A stretch of DNA of 64,000 nt from Alphaproteobacteria bacterium (GTDB taxonomy: Bacteria > Pseudomonadota > Alphaproteobacteria > UBA828): NCBI GenBank assembly GCA_965214705.1, contig CBDCCI010000002.1:2208001-2272000 (forward strand), written 5' to 3'. Numbering within the stretch: position 1 is the stretch's first letter; each line of letters starts with the position of its first letter. This document shows positions 1 to 9,827 of this stretch, one piece after another. The position numbers were made by a program, and so were the translations under genes. The notes under the pieces were generated by a model. The model saw only the letters and a program-made list of their open reading frames with translations, was not told where the DNA came from and ran no database searches.

Positions 1-62
1 CACACGCTAAATCCTCTCATTGTGCAACCTTCTAGTACGCATATTCTCCGCACATGCAATCA

Positions 63-1193
63 TCACAGACTTTTCAAGAAACTTATCAACGCTTCTTGAT
101 CGGCAACGCCTAAATCTGAGTATGCACTTGCCGCCATCCTTCCTTCTCCATCATGTGCCCTTATCGCCTCGTCAATATCAGCACTCCTGCCATCATGCAT
201 GTACGGTGGGCCCGTTGATATCAAGCCCCAGAGAGCGGGAGTTCGAATTTCCCTTTTAGTTGCGCGTCCTTCAGTCACCAACGGGCCATTTCCTGGACCC
301 ATGTCGTGCAATAGTAAATCCGTGTAAGCACGGAACACCCTATCCGAAAGCGACTTCACCTCCGAGTCTCCAGTCTTCAGCTCCGCTCTATGGCACAATT
401 CACAGCCGATATCTCTGAACACCTTGGCTCCATGCTGTTCGGAATGTGTCATCCAACTCGTTACCGGAGGTGGCTTCAATAACCTAATGTATTCAGCTAT
501 ACTATTCATCGCGACTTTCTCAAGCTTCCCTATCCCGATCCCCCCACTACTTTCCACCATTTCTGATCTTTCAATTCCCAACTCAGAAAAAAAAGCGGAT
601 GCGACAGCTTCGTCGATAGTTCCTGTGCGGCCAGTCCATCCAAAACGCCCATACACTCCCGATACATTTGGAAGACGACCCGATATGCCGTCTTTGTTCA
701 AATCCGCCGCATCTGCATATTCCAAAAAAGCGTTGGTGGCCACCGCCTCCAGCAAGCCGAGGCCAAATAGGGGGGGTGCCTTTCGACGAACGAAGCCCTT
801 TGGCGGAAATCTTTCTATCGTCCGATCATCTTCACTAATGATCTTAAATTTTTGAAATATACTTTCCTCTCTGTCTGAATTTCCAATTGAGTGAAACGCA
901 AACGTAGCATCTGTTGTTCCGCTTCCTGAAATCACTGGTTCTGCATGACACGACGCACAACTTTTAGCATTGTAGTATGGTCCTAATCCATCTTTTTCGC
1001 CCCATATGCGAACGAAATACCGGAAGCCTTCGTCAAAATTTTTTTTCTGTTCTGCGGAAATATCCTTGAATGGTAAACCAAATATGCTCGACTTGCGACT
1101 CGACAGATCGCTCTGCGAATCTAGGCCACTGCCAACACTCGACTGCAACATTAAGGCAAACGTGAGTACACTGACTCTCGCTATATGCTTCAT
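63..1193 (-). CDS. Di-haem oxidoreductase / putative peroxidase (DHOR family), exported
   Basis: Two CxxCH haem motifs (CASCH, CELCH); GLGP..N..SC, PPLFGLGLLEA, GRFGW, YTDLLLHDMG, RTPALWG and YMHDGR blocks typical of DHOR proteins; hydrophobic N-terminus after MKHIARV. ORF is open to 1262, so the start is uncertain. Confidence 0.85.
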   Translation of the reverse strand: MKHIARVSVLTFALMLQSSVGSGLDSQSDLSSRKSSIFGLPFKDISAEQKKNFDEGFRYFVRIWGEKDGLGPYYNAKSCASCHAEPVISGSGTTDATFAFHSIGNSDREESIFQKFKIISEDDRTIERFPPKGFVRRKAPPLFGLGLLEAVATNAFLEYADAADLNKDGISGRLPNVSGVYGRFGWTGRTGTIDEAVASAFFSELGIERSEMVESSGGIGIGKLEKVAMNSIAEYIRLLKPPPVTSWMTHSEQHGAKVFRDIGCELCHRAELKTGDSEVKSLSDRVFRAYTDLLLHDMGPGNGPLVTEGRATKREIRTPALWGLISTGPPYMHDGRSADIDEAIRAHDGEGRMAASAYSDLGVADQEALISFLKSL

Positions 1194-1370
1194 CCGAAGT
1201 TCGCAACCCGTGGCCACATGCTCCAAACATTTTCGTGACAAAAGACTCCCACGTCCACGCATTTGCGCCGCATTGACATAATCAGGCTGGTTATCACAGC
1301 GCCGTCGTCGCTTTCACTACCAATTCGCTGTCCGCGAGTAAACTGGATTTATCCTCGATTGAGCGTCCGC

Positions 1371-2453
1371 CTACTGTGGCATTCTAGCCGCTCCAAAAAA
1401 CGCGAGACCATACGGCGCCTTGCCCACCGGAATAGAGCGTATAACACTGAGTTCATTGGGATCAACAACAAGTATCTCGTTAATGGCGAGCTCGCTAACC
1501 ACAAGCAAATCCCCTGAAGGGGTGAATGCGACGTTCTTCGCGGCACGTGCGCGTTGATGACTAGATTGAGCCAGATCCAATACCCGAGCGTTTTCTCCGC
1601 GCATTGCGTTTCGAATCGATATTTTTCCCGAATAGAAACCTGCTACAGCCAGCTGCGGCTCATCATCGGTTGATAGGGCAATACCCCAAGGCGAGCGAGG
1701 CACAGTGATATTTTCTGCTATTCTGATTGTGTTAGCTAATCCGCTACCGCTATCCCAGCTTATCAAGGCAAGGGAATTGGACCCAAACTCACTAACATAA
1801 GCTAGCGGCGCATGGGGCAAAGCCACAACAGTGTAAGGCAGAGAGCCGACGTCGATTTCGCTTAATATGTCGCCGCTTTCTTCTCCCAGAGCCACTACTG
1901 AGACGGTGTTCGCCCCCCAATTGGTGACTAACGCAACCTGATCGTTGTCTACTAACGCTACGCCGTAGGGTATGGCTCCAACCTGGACACGATACAGTTC
2001 TCTTCCACTTTCGAGATTAACAATCGAAATTGAGTCGTCTCCCGCATTCGCCACAACCGCCCGGCTCCCATCTCTAAATAGGGCAATATCACGTGGGCTT
2101 CTGCCAACCTCAATTTTTGAGTCTTCCAAGACGGCTTGAATATCTACTACCGAAAGCGAAGATGAACCCGAGTTTGTGACGTATGCGAAGCGGCCGTTGG
2201 GGCTTACCTTTACATCGTATGGGTTTTTGCCTACATCAATGACGGCAAATTGCTCCCCTGAATCTACATTAACAAGAGAGACCGTATCGTCCCCCCAGTT
2301 TGTAACTATTAGGGTTCGATGTGATGAAGAGCTCTCACCATGCCCACCTCCTGCTGTAGCTATAGTCAGGTTCGCACAAATGACAGACATGGTGAGACAC
2401 AAAAAAACTAATGCTTGTAGAGCAAACTTCCTAGTCAACGCATTCGTCATCAT
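1371..2453 (-). CDS. YVTN/YncE-type beta-propeller repeat protein, exported
   Basis: Repeated VTNWG/YVTNSG/VANAG...VSVVD...I.VG..PY units; N-terminal signal-like segment; start chosen at MMTNAL. Confidence 0.85.
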   Translation of the reverse strand: MMTNALTRKFALQALVFLCLTMSVICANLTIATAGGGHGESSSSHRTLIVTNWGDDTVSLVNVDSGEQFAVIDVGKNPYDVKVSPNGRFAYVTNSGSSSLSVVDIQAVLEDSKIEVGRSPRDIALFRDGSRAVVANAGDDSISIVNLESGRELYRVQVGAIPYGVALVDNDQVALVTNWGANTVSVVALGEESGDILSEIDVGSLPYTVVALPHAPLAYVSEFGSNSLALISWDSGSGLANTIRIAENITVPRSPWGIALSTDDEPQLAVAGFYSGKISIRNAMRGENARVLDLAQSSHQRARAAKNVAFTPSGDLLVVSELAINEILVVDPNELSVIRSIPVGKAPYGLAFFGAARMPQ

Positions 2454-2685
2454 GAGATTAGGCTCCCGTAGTTGGACATTAAGAACTTGGGGATGCGAAA
2501 TGCTTGCCAGATCGCGTCTCAAAATGAGTTCGTTGGGGAGGGGACGGCATCATCGTTAGGCAATCACGGCACCCCCAGCGTCTCGTCAGCGCAGATGCTG
2601 GGGATTAGCCAACGGAGAGGTGCTTGTCCCCATCGCCATGTCCGTTTGGTTCCCTCCCCAGACATGCCATTTTATAAATATCAGA

Positions 2686-2713
2686 CATGATATGTGTGCC
2701 AAGGCATTAGTCA
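2686..2713 (-). promoter_or_regulatory. Possible sigma70 promoter for the YVTN-DHOR operon
   Basis: Minus strand reads TTGACT-N16-TATCAT in an AT-rich stretch upstream of the YVTN gene. Confidence 0.35.
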
Positions 2714-3329
2714 AGGAGGTGGATTTCAGGCGGCGGGAAGGCTAGCCGTGAGCCTTCTAAGGTGGACCACAGCCGCTCGCCGTGGGTCACGCGGACGCGC
2801 GCTGTCTCCGTGCCGCGGAGGTTGTGCTGGCAGCTGCGGTGCCTCCAGGGCACGCGGCCGAGCGAGTAGGCTAGACGGGTCGCACATCCAAGATGCCAGC
2901 GCCGCACCCGATCACAAGTGAGCGGGCTCCCGCTTTTCACAGTAGCCAATCGCCGGCGTGCCCCTTTCCCCAGGCTGGGGCCAGAAAACGACCGACCACG
3001 CCGAGCGCTATTGGAGTTGGCGGTATCGAGTGCCGGCCGTTTCGGCGGATTTGGAGGGCGGGTCGACTCGATCGGGCGCGTGAGGGCGCTCCCTAAGCAA
3101 TTGGACCGGCTGGTCGTCGTAACCGGTTGAAGCGGGCCGCCAATTCGAGCGCGCCACAAGAATCGACCGGCAAGCGGACATGGGCCAAACCGCCCGTGCC
3201 CGAGAGGCACGATGACCGCGATATCTCTCGGGTCGCCTTGACAGTCCGGGCGGGTGGGTGCCAGCGTCACCCAAGCCGGCCATGCGACAATCACCGATAA
3301 GCGGCCGGCACGCGACGGTGGAGGCTGGG

Positions 3330-3770
3330 ATGAGGACAGGCTTGGTGTGCGGCGCGCTGGCGGGCGCGCTGATCGTTGGCGGTTTCACGAGCGGTGCGCT
3401 CGGGGCGGATCCTTACGGCGTCTGGCTCAACGAGCGGCAGGACGCGCACGTTAAACTCTATTCCTGCAACGGTGACGAGCTGTGCGGCCAGATCGTGTGG
3501 CTCAAGCGTCCCCTGGGCGACGACGGCAAGCGGAGGCGGGACGTCAAGAACGACGACGAATCCCTCCGCGATCGGCCGATGTTGGGTATCCAGGTGCTGT
3601 TTGACCTGGAGGACCAAGGCGGCGGTCAGTGGGAAGACGGCGAGGTCTACAATGCCAGGGACGGCGACACCTACGACGCGGAGCTCGAGGTCATCGATGC
3701 GAACACGGTCAAGATGAGCGGCTGCATCTGGTTCGTCTGCAAGACCGAGACCTGGACCCGCGTCGAGTAA
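3330..3770 (+). CDS. DUF2147 domain exported protein
   Basis: Signal peptide, then DPYGVW...V....C...LCGQIVW...D.KN.D..LR.RP.LG...W..G.VYN..DG.TY...GC...C....W.R pattern. Confidence 0.85.
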   Translation: MRTGLVCGALAGALIVGGFTSGALGADPYGVWLNERQDAHVKLYSCNGDELCGQIVWLKRPLGDDGKRRRDVKNDDESLRDRPMLGIQVLFDLEDQGGGQWEDGEVYNARDGDTYDAELEVIDANTVKMSGCIWFVCKTETWTRVE

Positions 3771-3791
3771 TCGGACGGCGACGCCGTCCGA
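3771..3791. terminator. Inverted repeat directly after the DUF2147 stop (terminator/stabiliser hairpin)
   Basis: TCGGACGGCG-A-CGCCGTCCGA perfect 10-bp inverted repeat; no clear U-tract. Confidence 0.45.
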
Positions 3792-3937
3792 TAAACTCTC
3801 CTTATATCCCTCAATCGCCGGGCGCCCGCTCTGCTCGGTCGCGCGCCCTGCGCGCGTGGCGCAGTCGCGCCGTCCGGGCCTGACGGCCCGGCCCTCTTAT
3901 TGTTGTACTTCACGCTGGTTGCCGGTCAGACGTCTAG

Positions 3938-5584
3938 CCCGGATTTCTCACGAGTATGGTGTGCATCGGGGCTCTGCTCGTGAGAAAGTTCTTCTGCAAC
4001 AAAGACTTCACCGGCTGCAGAGGAGTTCCCCGATGCCCGCAGAGTGTAGTCCTCCCGCGATGCAGTTTGCACGCCTGAACGGGCGTGATGTGGTGGCCGA
4101 CTTCGGCGGCGGGGTGATGACCTCGGACGCGGGCGCCCTGCTGCTGGGCGCCACGGACCGGGCGATCGGACTGGTGGATTGCTTCGCCGCCTGCTTCTCG
4201 GACGGGCGCGCGGCCTCTCGTGTGGTGCACGACGTTGCCACCCTGGTGGGCCAGCGGGTGTTCGGGATCGCGCTGGGCTACGAGGACTTGATCGACCACG
4301 ACGCGCTGCGCCACGACCCCGTGCTGGGGGTGGTGCTGGGGCGTCTGGAGGCCGGGCGTGCGGGCTGTGCGCCGCTTGCCGGCAAGTCGACGCTGAACCG
4401 GCTGGAGCACGCGCCTTCGGGCGCCCATCGCTATCGCCGGATCGGTCATGAGCCTGAGGCGATCGAGACGCTCTTCGTCGATCTCTTCCTCGACGCCCAC
4501 GGGCAGGCCCCTGAGCGGTTGATCCTCGACCTCGACGCCACCGACGACCCGCTGCACGGCCATCAGGAAGGCCGCTTCTTCCACGGCTACTACGACTGCT
4601 ACTGCTACCTGCCGCTCTACGTCTTCTGCGGCGATCACCTGCTGGCCGCCAAGCTGAGGCGGGCCGACATCGACGCCAGCGCCGGCGCGGCCGAAGAGGT
4701 GGCGCGCATCGTCGCGCGCATCCGCGCCCGCTGGCCGGCAGTGGAGATCGTGCTGCGCGCAGACTCAGGCTTCGCCCGCGAGGGACTGATGGCCTGGTGC
4801 GAGGCGAACGGGGTGGACTATGTCTTCGGGCTCGCCCGGAACCCGCGGCTCACGGACCGCCTGCAACCGGCCCTGGACCTGGCCGAAGCCCGCTCGCGGG
4901 AGAGCGGCCAGCCGGCGCGGCTGTTCACCGAGTTCCGCTACCGCACGTGCAAGACTTGGTCGCGCCCGCGCCGTGTCGTCGGCAAGGCGGAGTGGATGCC
5001 GGGCCGCGCCAACCCCCGCTTCGTCGTCACCTCGCTGAGCGCGGCCGCCATCGACCGGCGGGAACTCTACGAGACCCTCTACTGCGCCCGCGGCGACATG
5101 GAGAACCGCATCAAGGAGTGCCAGCTCGACCTCTTCGCCGACCGCACCTCGGCTCAGACCATGCGCGCCAACCAGCTCCGTCTCTGGTTCGCCGCCATGG
5201 CCTACGTGCTGCTCGCAGCGCTCAGGCGCATCGCGCTCGCCGGAACTCGCCTTGCCCGCGCTACCTGCGGCTCGATCCGCCTCAAGCTGCTGAAGATCGG
5301 CGCCCAGGTCCGCCTGAGTACCCGCCGCATCCGCATCGCCATGGCCTCAGGCGCACCCCACGCGCCCGAGTTCGCACGCGCTCACGCCCGATTATGCACC
5401 TGAGCCGAGCCTCAGGCCCGCTGCCACCCTCCCGCCAACAACCAAAAACCCGCTCCAGCCTCAACCGCGCCCCCGGCGCCACCGCCACTCCTGCGTCATT
5501 ACCCGGACCACACCGCAAGGCTACCAACCAAACCCACGACAAACGCCAAACAACCCAACAATGGACGCTCGTGAGAAATCCGGG
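3938..5584 (+). mobile_element. IS1380-family insertion sequence (copy 1, intact, 1647 bp)
   Basis: Perfect terminal inverted repeats CCCGGATTTCTCACGAG / CTCGTGAGAAATCCGGG; CTAG on both sides (3934-3937, 5585-5588); encloses the transposase. Confidence 0.93.
4033..5403 (+). CDS. IS1380-family DDE transposase
   Basis: FGGG..TSDAG, GYEDLIDHD.LR.DP, LDLDATDD..HGHQEG.FF, LRADSGF, Y..RG.MENRIKE motifs; AGGAG RBS at 4021. Confidence 0.95.
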   Translation: MPAECSPPAMQFARLNGRDVVADFGGGVMTSDAGALLLGATDRAIGLVDCFAACFSDGRAASRVVHDVATLVGQRVFGIALGYEDLIDHDALRHDPVLGVVLGRLEAGRAGCAPLAGKSTLNRLEHAPSGAHRYRRIGHEPEAIETLFVDLFLDAHGQAPERLILDLDATDDPLHGHQEGRFFHGYYDCYCYLPLYVFCGDHLLAAKLRRADIDASAGAAEEVARIVARIRARWPAVEIVLRADSGFAREGLMAWCEANGVDYVFGLARNPRLTDRLQPALDLAEARSRESGQPARLFTEFRYRTCKTWSRPRRVVGKAEWMPGRANPRFVVTSLSAAAIDRRELYETLYCARGDMENRIKECQLDLFADRTSAQTMRANQLRLWFAAMAYVLLAALRRIALAGTRLARATCGSIRLKLLKIGAQVRLSTRRIRIAMASGAPHAPEFARAHARLCT

Positions 5585-6082
5585 CTAGACGGCGTGTTTT
5601 CCAGTCGGCTCATGGTGGGCTGGGAACACAGGTCGCGGCCGCTCTCCGGCGCCTTGCCTCAGGCCAACTTGAACAGAGGGTCCGCGCGGAGCGCGTCGTA
5701 GTCGTCGGCGTTTTCGTACCCGCAGGCGATGGCCAGCATGCGAAAGCGCAACATGGCCGAGAGCGAGTGGACCACCTGCGCCTGATTGCGTCGGTCGCGG
5801 ATGCAGCCTGCCAGGGTCTCGGCAAGACGTAAGCGGCGCTCCGCCTCTCGCAACAGGACCAGGTCGCCGTCAGAGGAGATCAGACCGCCGTCGAAGGCGG
5901 CACTCACCTTCTTGCGTCGGACGCTTGGCAGATCGAGGGGGAGAAGGCTACCGTCGGTCATGGCGGGCGTGGCGCTTCGTTGTTCGGAGAGGAAGACGCC
6001 TCGACAACGAATTCCTACTCGATGGCAACGGCTTACGCTACGTCCGCCACACCAAAGCCAGACCAGACGTGAATAATCCGGG
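5585..6082 (-). pseudogene. Truncated IS1380-family element (copy 2) with nonsense-mutated 5' transposase fragment
   Basis: Close paralogue of 9450-9948. Its end GAATAATCCGGG (6082) is followed by TTAG. The CDS from 5961 has TCA->TGA at 5659-5661 relative to copy 3, and homology stops at the CTAG flanking copy 1. Confidence 0.88.
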
Positions 6083-6203
6083 TTAGCGACAAGTCCGATG
6101 ATTGAGGGCCAACTCACCGGCAGGGTTCTCTCGGTGCTGACGCGGTGGTATGCTTGCGTAGCATAGACTAGCCCGACCTATTCATGGAGAGCCTTGCACT
6201 TGA

Positions 6204-8363
6204 CCCAAGTTGGCACTTTTTCCGGTTGCTCAATGCCGGTCTGCCCATATTTTGCGGACCGAAGTACCACATATTGGGGTAGCTCCGAGATGATGCCACT
6301 ATATGTGTAATTGAGGCGCTGGAAGCGCGTTGTAGTGCCAGGAGTTGTTAGGTATTGACGATTTTCCCTTGACCCCAGACCCCAAGCCGACAAATCTTGG
6401 CCCCTCGCAACAATCTCGCGACGGGCGACATGTTCATCAGGGCAACCAAGACCCACACCACCGACGGCAAGCCCGTCCGAAGCCATCGCCTCGTGCTCTC
6501 CCAGCGCATCGGCGACAAGGTCAGGCAGCGCACGCTCCTCAACCTCGGCACCGACTATCCGGTGCCGAAGGAGAAATGGCGCGAAGTGGCCGAACTCGCC
6601 GAGGCGCTGCTGCACGGCCGCCCGCCGCTGCTCCAAGCCGTCCCGGACGTGCAGGCCGCAGCCGAGGACATCGTCGCCAAGCTCAGGGCCAGGGGGTTCC
6701 GCGTCGAGGCGATGCAGGAAGAGGCGCGCAAGCCCGAGATCGCCACCGTCGACCTCGATACCCTGGAGCACGAGAACCCGCGCACCGTCGGCTGCGAGCG
6801 CCTGTGCCTCAAGGCCCTCGACGACCTTGGCTTCGCCGACATCCTCCACGGCCTTGGCATCAAAGGCCGAGACGGGCGCATCGCGAGCGCGCTGATCGTC
6901 GCCAGGATGGTCCATCCCGCCAGCGAGCGTGATACCAGCCGCTGGCTCCGCCACGACAGCGCGGCCGCCGAGCTCCTGGGCCTGGAGGGCGACCGCAAGG
7001 CGCTGCGGCGCAAGACGCTCTACCGCATCGGCGACCTGCTCTGGCGCCACCGGGCCGCCATCCAGAGGGAACTGTTCAACCGTGAGCGCGCGCTGCTCGA
7101 CCTGCCCGAGACGATCGCCTTCTACGATCTCACCAACGTCCACTACCACGGCCACACGGGCGGCGAGCTTCCCAGGTTCGGGCGCTCCAAGCAGAAGCGC
7201 GACGACTGTCCCCTCATCACGCTGGCGCTGGCGCTCGACGGCGCGGGCTTCCCGCGCAGTTGCGAGATCCTGCCGGGCAACGTGAGCGAGCCGGGCACGC
7301 TGCACGAGGCGCTGGCGCGGCTCGAGGCGGTGTGCGGCGGCACGGCGGCGAAGCCCACGGTGGTCATGGATGCGGGCATCGCCACCGAGGAAAACATCGT
7401 CTGGCTGGGCGAGCAGGGCTACGACTGGATCGCGGTCAGCCGCGGTGCCAGGCCTGCGCCGCCCGAGGGCGGACCCGAGGCCCTGCTGATCACCAGCGCG
7501 CGCCACGAGGTGCGGGCCTGGCGGCTTGCCAGCGAGGACGGCGAGGCGCGGCTCTACGTCGTCAGCGAGGGCAAGAAGAAGGCCGAGAACGCGATCATCG
7601 GCCTGAGGCGGAACCGCTTCGAGGCGGCGCTGGAAAGGCTCCACAGCGGCCTCCCGGTCAAGCGCCGCCTCAAGCGCTACGACAAGGTGCTGGAGAGCAT
7701 AGGCCGCCTCAAGCAGCGCTTCTCCGCCGTCGCCAGGCACTACGAGATCACGGTCGAGAAGGCGAAAACCGGCCCCAATGCCACCGCCGTGCGCTTCAAG
7801 CGCAGGCCGCGATACGACGAGGCCGATGAGGGCGCCGGCGCCTATGTGCTGCGCACCAGCCACGTCGACTGGGATATCGAGACGGTCCTGCGGACGTACT
7901 GGCGGATCACGGATATCGAGGCGACATTCAAGAGCCTAAAATCCGAGCTCGGCCTTCGCCCGATCTGGCACCAGCTCGACCGGCGCATCGCGGCCCACCT
8001 GCTGATCGCCGTGCTGGCCTACCACGCCGTGCATCTGATCCGTACCCGGCTGGCCGCGCGCGGCATCCACAAGTGCTGGGCATCGATCCGCGAGAGCATG
8101 CGGACCTGGGTGCGGATCACCACGCGCCTGCGCCAGACCGACGGCACGTTGATCGTCAATCGACAGGACACGCGCCCGGCCGCTGAGGTAGCCGCAATCT
8201 CCTCGGCGGCGGGCGTGGAACCCGCCATCCACCGCACGAGGACCCGCCTGCCGAACTGACAGAATCCAACAAAATGTAGTGCCATGTTGGAATCGGCCGA
8301 GAGAAATATCGCGTTACATCAACATGATAAAGGACATGGGTAGGACAAAAGTGCCAACCTGGG
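6204..8363 (+). mobile_element. IS1634-family insertion sequence (2160 bp)
   Basis: IRs CCCAAGTTGGCACTTTT / AAAAGTGCCAACCTGGG (1 mismatch); TTGA direct repeat at 6200-6203 and 8364-8367. Confidence 0.9.
6430..8259 (+). CDS. IS1634-family transposase
   Basis: MFIR...RLV.S.R.G.KVRQRTLLNLG N-terminus; FYDLT, FGRSKQKR.DCP, VVMDAGI, YW..TDIE..F.SLK.ELG.RPIWH motifs. Confidence 0.93.
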   Translation: MFIRATKTHTTDGKPVRSHRLVLSQRIGDKVRQRTLLNLGTDYPVPKEKWREVAELAEALLHGRPPLLQAVPDVQAAAEDIVAKLRARGFRVEAMQEEARKPEIATVDLDTLEHENPRTVGCERLCLKALDDLGFADILHGLGIKGRDGRIASALIVARMVHPASERDTSRWLRHDSAAAELLGLEGDRKALRRKTLYRIGDLLWRHRAAIQRELFNRERALLDLPETIAFYDLTNVHYHGHTGGELPRFGRSKQKRDDCPLITLALALDGAGFPRSCEILPGNVSEPGTLHEALARLEAVCGGTAAKPTVVMDAGIATEENIVWLGEQGYDWIAVSRGARPAPPEGGPEALLITSARHEVRAWRLASEDGEARLYVVSEGKKKAENAIIGLRRNRFEAALERLHSGLPVKRRLKRYDKVLESIGRLKQRFSAVARHYEITVEKAKTGPNATAVRFKRRPRYDEADEGAGAYVLRTSHVDWDIETVLRTYWRITDIEATFKSLKSELGLRPIWHQLDRRIAAHLLIAVLAYHAVHLIRTRLAARGIHKCWASIRESMRTWVRITTRLRQTDGTLIVNRQDTRPAAEVAAISSAAGVEPAIHRTRTRLPN

Positions 8364-8486
8364 TTGAGGCTCGGCTGAGGGGTCGCGTCGTGGCCTGACG
8401 CGGTTTGGCGCCGGGATCTGAGGATGGGTCGCTATTGGGTTGAGGGTTGAACGAGCCTGGGTTGTCGGGGCACATCGCCCCGGCGC

Positions 8487-9827
8487 TCAGGGGCCTGCTG
8501 CGGCGAGGCGGCCTGCGAGCAGTCGGAAGAGAGCGGCGTCCGGGCAGGCCGAGGCGAAGTGGATGCGGACGCGGGTGGCCTTCTCGATGACGCGGGCGCC
8601 GATCTTGAGGAGGCGCAGCCTGAGGGTTGCAAACTCGGCGCGGGCGAGCGGCGCTGTGCGGGGAATGGCGTCGCGGAGCGCGAGCATCAGCCAGTAGGCT
8701 GCGGTGTGGAGCACCAGCCTGAGCTGGTTGGCGAGCGGGCTCTGGCAGGAGGTGCGGTCCGAGGCGAGCTGGCCCTTGTGCATCTTGATCAGGTTTTCGG
8801 CCTGGCCGCGGGCGCAGTAGATGTCTTCGTAGAGGTGGCGGGGCTCGCCCTTGAGCGAGGTGACGACATAGCGGGCATCGAAGCCGCGCGTCGTCGCCTC
8901 CAGCCGAGCCACGACCCGGCGTTCGCGGCTCCAGGAGCGGGCGGCATAGGCGAAGGCGGCGAAGCTGCGCATCCTGTCCGCGCCGGCCTCGGCGCGGCGG
9001 ACCTTGAGATCGTCGGCCACCTCGTAGGCCAAGGCGTTGAGCGCGCGGTTGCCCGCGAGGCCGAAGATGTAGTCGACGCCGTTCTGCTCGCACCAGGCCA
9101 TGGCTTGCGCGCGGCCATAGTGGCTGTCTCCCCGGAAGACGATCCGAGTGTGCGGCCAGTGGCGGCGGATGCGGCGGACCAGGTGCTTGATGAGGGTGCG
9201 GACCTCGATCCCCGAGGGCGTCTTGCCGGGGCGCAGGAGGACCGCCACCGGCTTGCCGCTTTCCACGTGATAGACGTGGATGGGGAGGAAGCAGCGGGTG
9301 TCGTAATGAGCGTTGAACAGCGACAGCTGCTGGTGCCCGTGCACGGCATCGCAGGTGTCGTCGATATCCAGCGTGATGGCGGCGGGTGGGGCTGAGAAGG
9401 AGCGGCAGAAGAGATCGACCAGGGCGGCCGTCATGCGCGCCACCTCGATGCGAGACGGAGCGTTCTCCAGGCGGCTCATGGTGGGCTGGGAACAGAGATC
9501 GCGGCCGTTCTCCGGCGCCCGGCCTGAGGCCAGCTTGAACAGAGGGTCCGCGCGCAGCGTGTCGCAGTCGTCGGCGTCCTCGTACCCGCAGGCGATGGCC
9601 AACATGCGAAAGCGGAGCATGGCCGAGAGCGAGTGGATCACCTGCGCCTGATTGCGCCGGTCCCGGATGCAGCCCGCCAGGGTCTCGGCGAGACGCAAGC
9701 GGCGTTCCGCTTCGCGCAGCAGGACGAGGCCGCCGTCAGACGAGATCAGGCCGCCGTCGAAGGCGGCGCTCACCTTCTTGCGCGCGACGGCTGGCAGATC
9801 GAAGGGGAGAAGGCTATCGTCGGTCAT
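8487..9827 (-). CDS. IS1380-family DDE transposase (intact)
   Basis: FDGGLISSDGG, GYEDADD, LDIDDT.D.VHGHQQL, RGDSHY, YCARGQAENLIK motifs. Confidence 0.95.
   Translation of the reverse strand: MTDDSLLPFDLPAVARKKVSAAFDGGLISSDGGLVLLREAERRLRLAETLAGCIRDRRNQAQVIHSLSAMLRFRMLAIACGYEDADDCDTLRADPLFKLASGRAPENGRDLCSQPTMSRLENAPSRIEVARMTAALVDLFCRSFSAPPAAITLDIDDTCDAVHGHQQLSLFNAHYDTRCFLPIHVYHVESGKPVAVLLRPGKTPSGIEVRTLIKHLVRRIRRHWPHTRIVFRGDSHYGRAQAMAWCEQNGVDYIFGLAGNRALNALAYEVADDLKVRRAEAGADRMRSFAAFAYAARSWSRERRVVARLEATTRGFDARYVVTSLKGEPRHLYEDIYCARGQAENLIKMHKGQLASDRTSCQSPLANQLRLVLHTAAYWLMLALRDAIPRTAPLARAEFATLRLRLLKIGARVIEKATRVRIHFASACPDAALFRLLAGRLAAAGP

Noticed and set aside
2534-2660. SAM-I or fluoride riboswitch assignment (GGAGGGGAC/GGCAATC/GGTGCT; GGCGATGG)
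   Set aside because: Only scattered motifs; the required P1 and pseudoknot pairings are not evident. Kept only as an unassigned candidate RNA.
2686-2702. Sigma54 promoter (TTGGCAC on the minus strand)
   Set aside because: The -12 TTGC element is missing at the correct spacing.
2707-3294. Several overlapping ORFs upstream of DUF2147
   Set aside because: Arg/Pro/Ala-rich translations without family motifs or convincing RBS.
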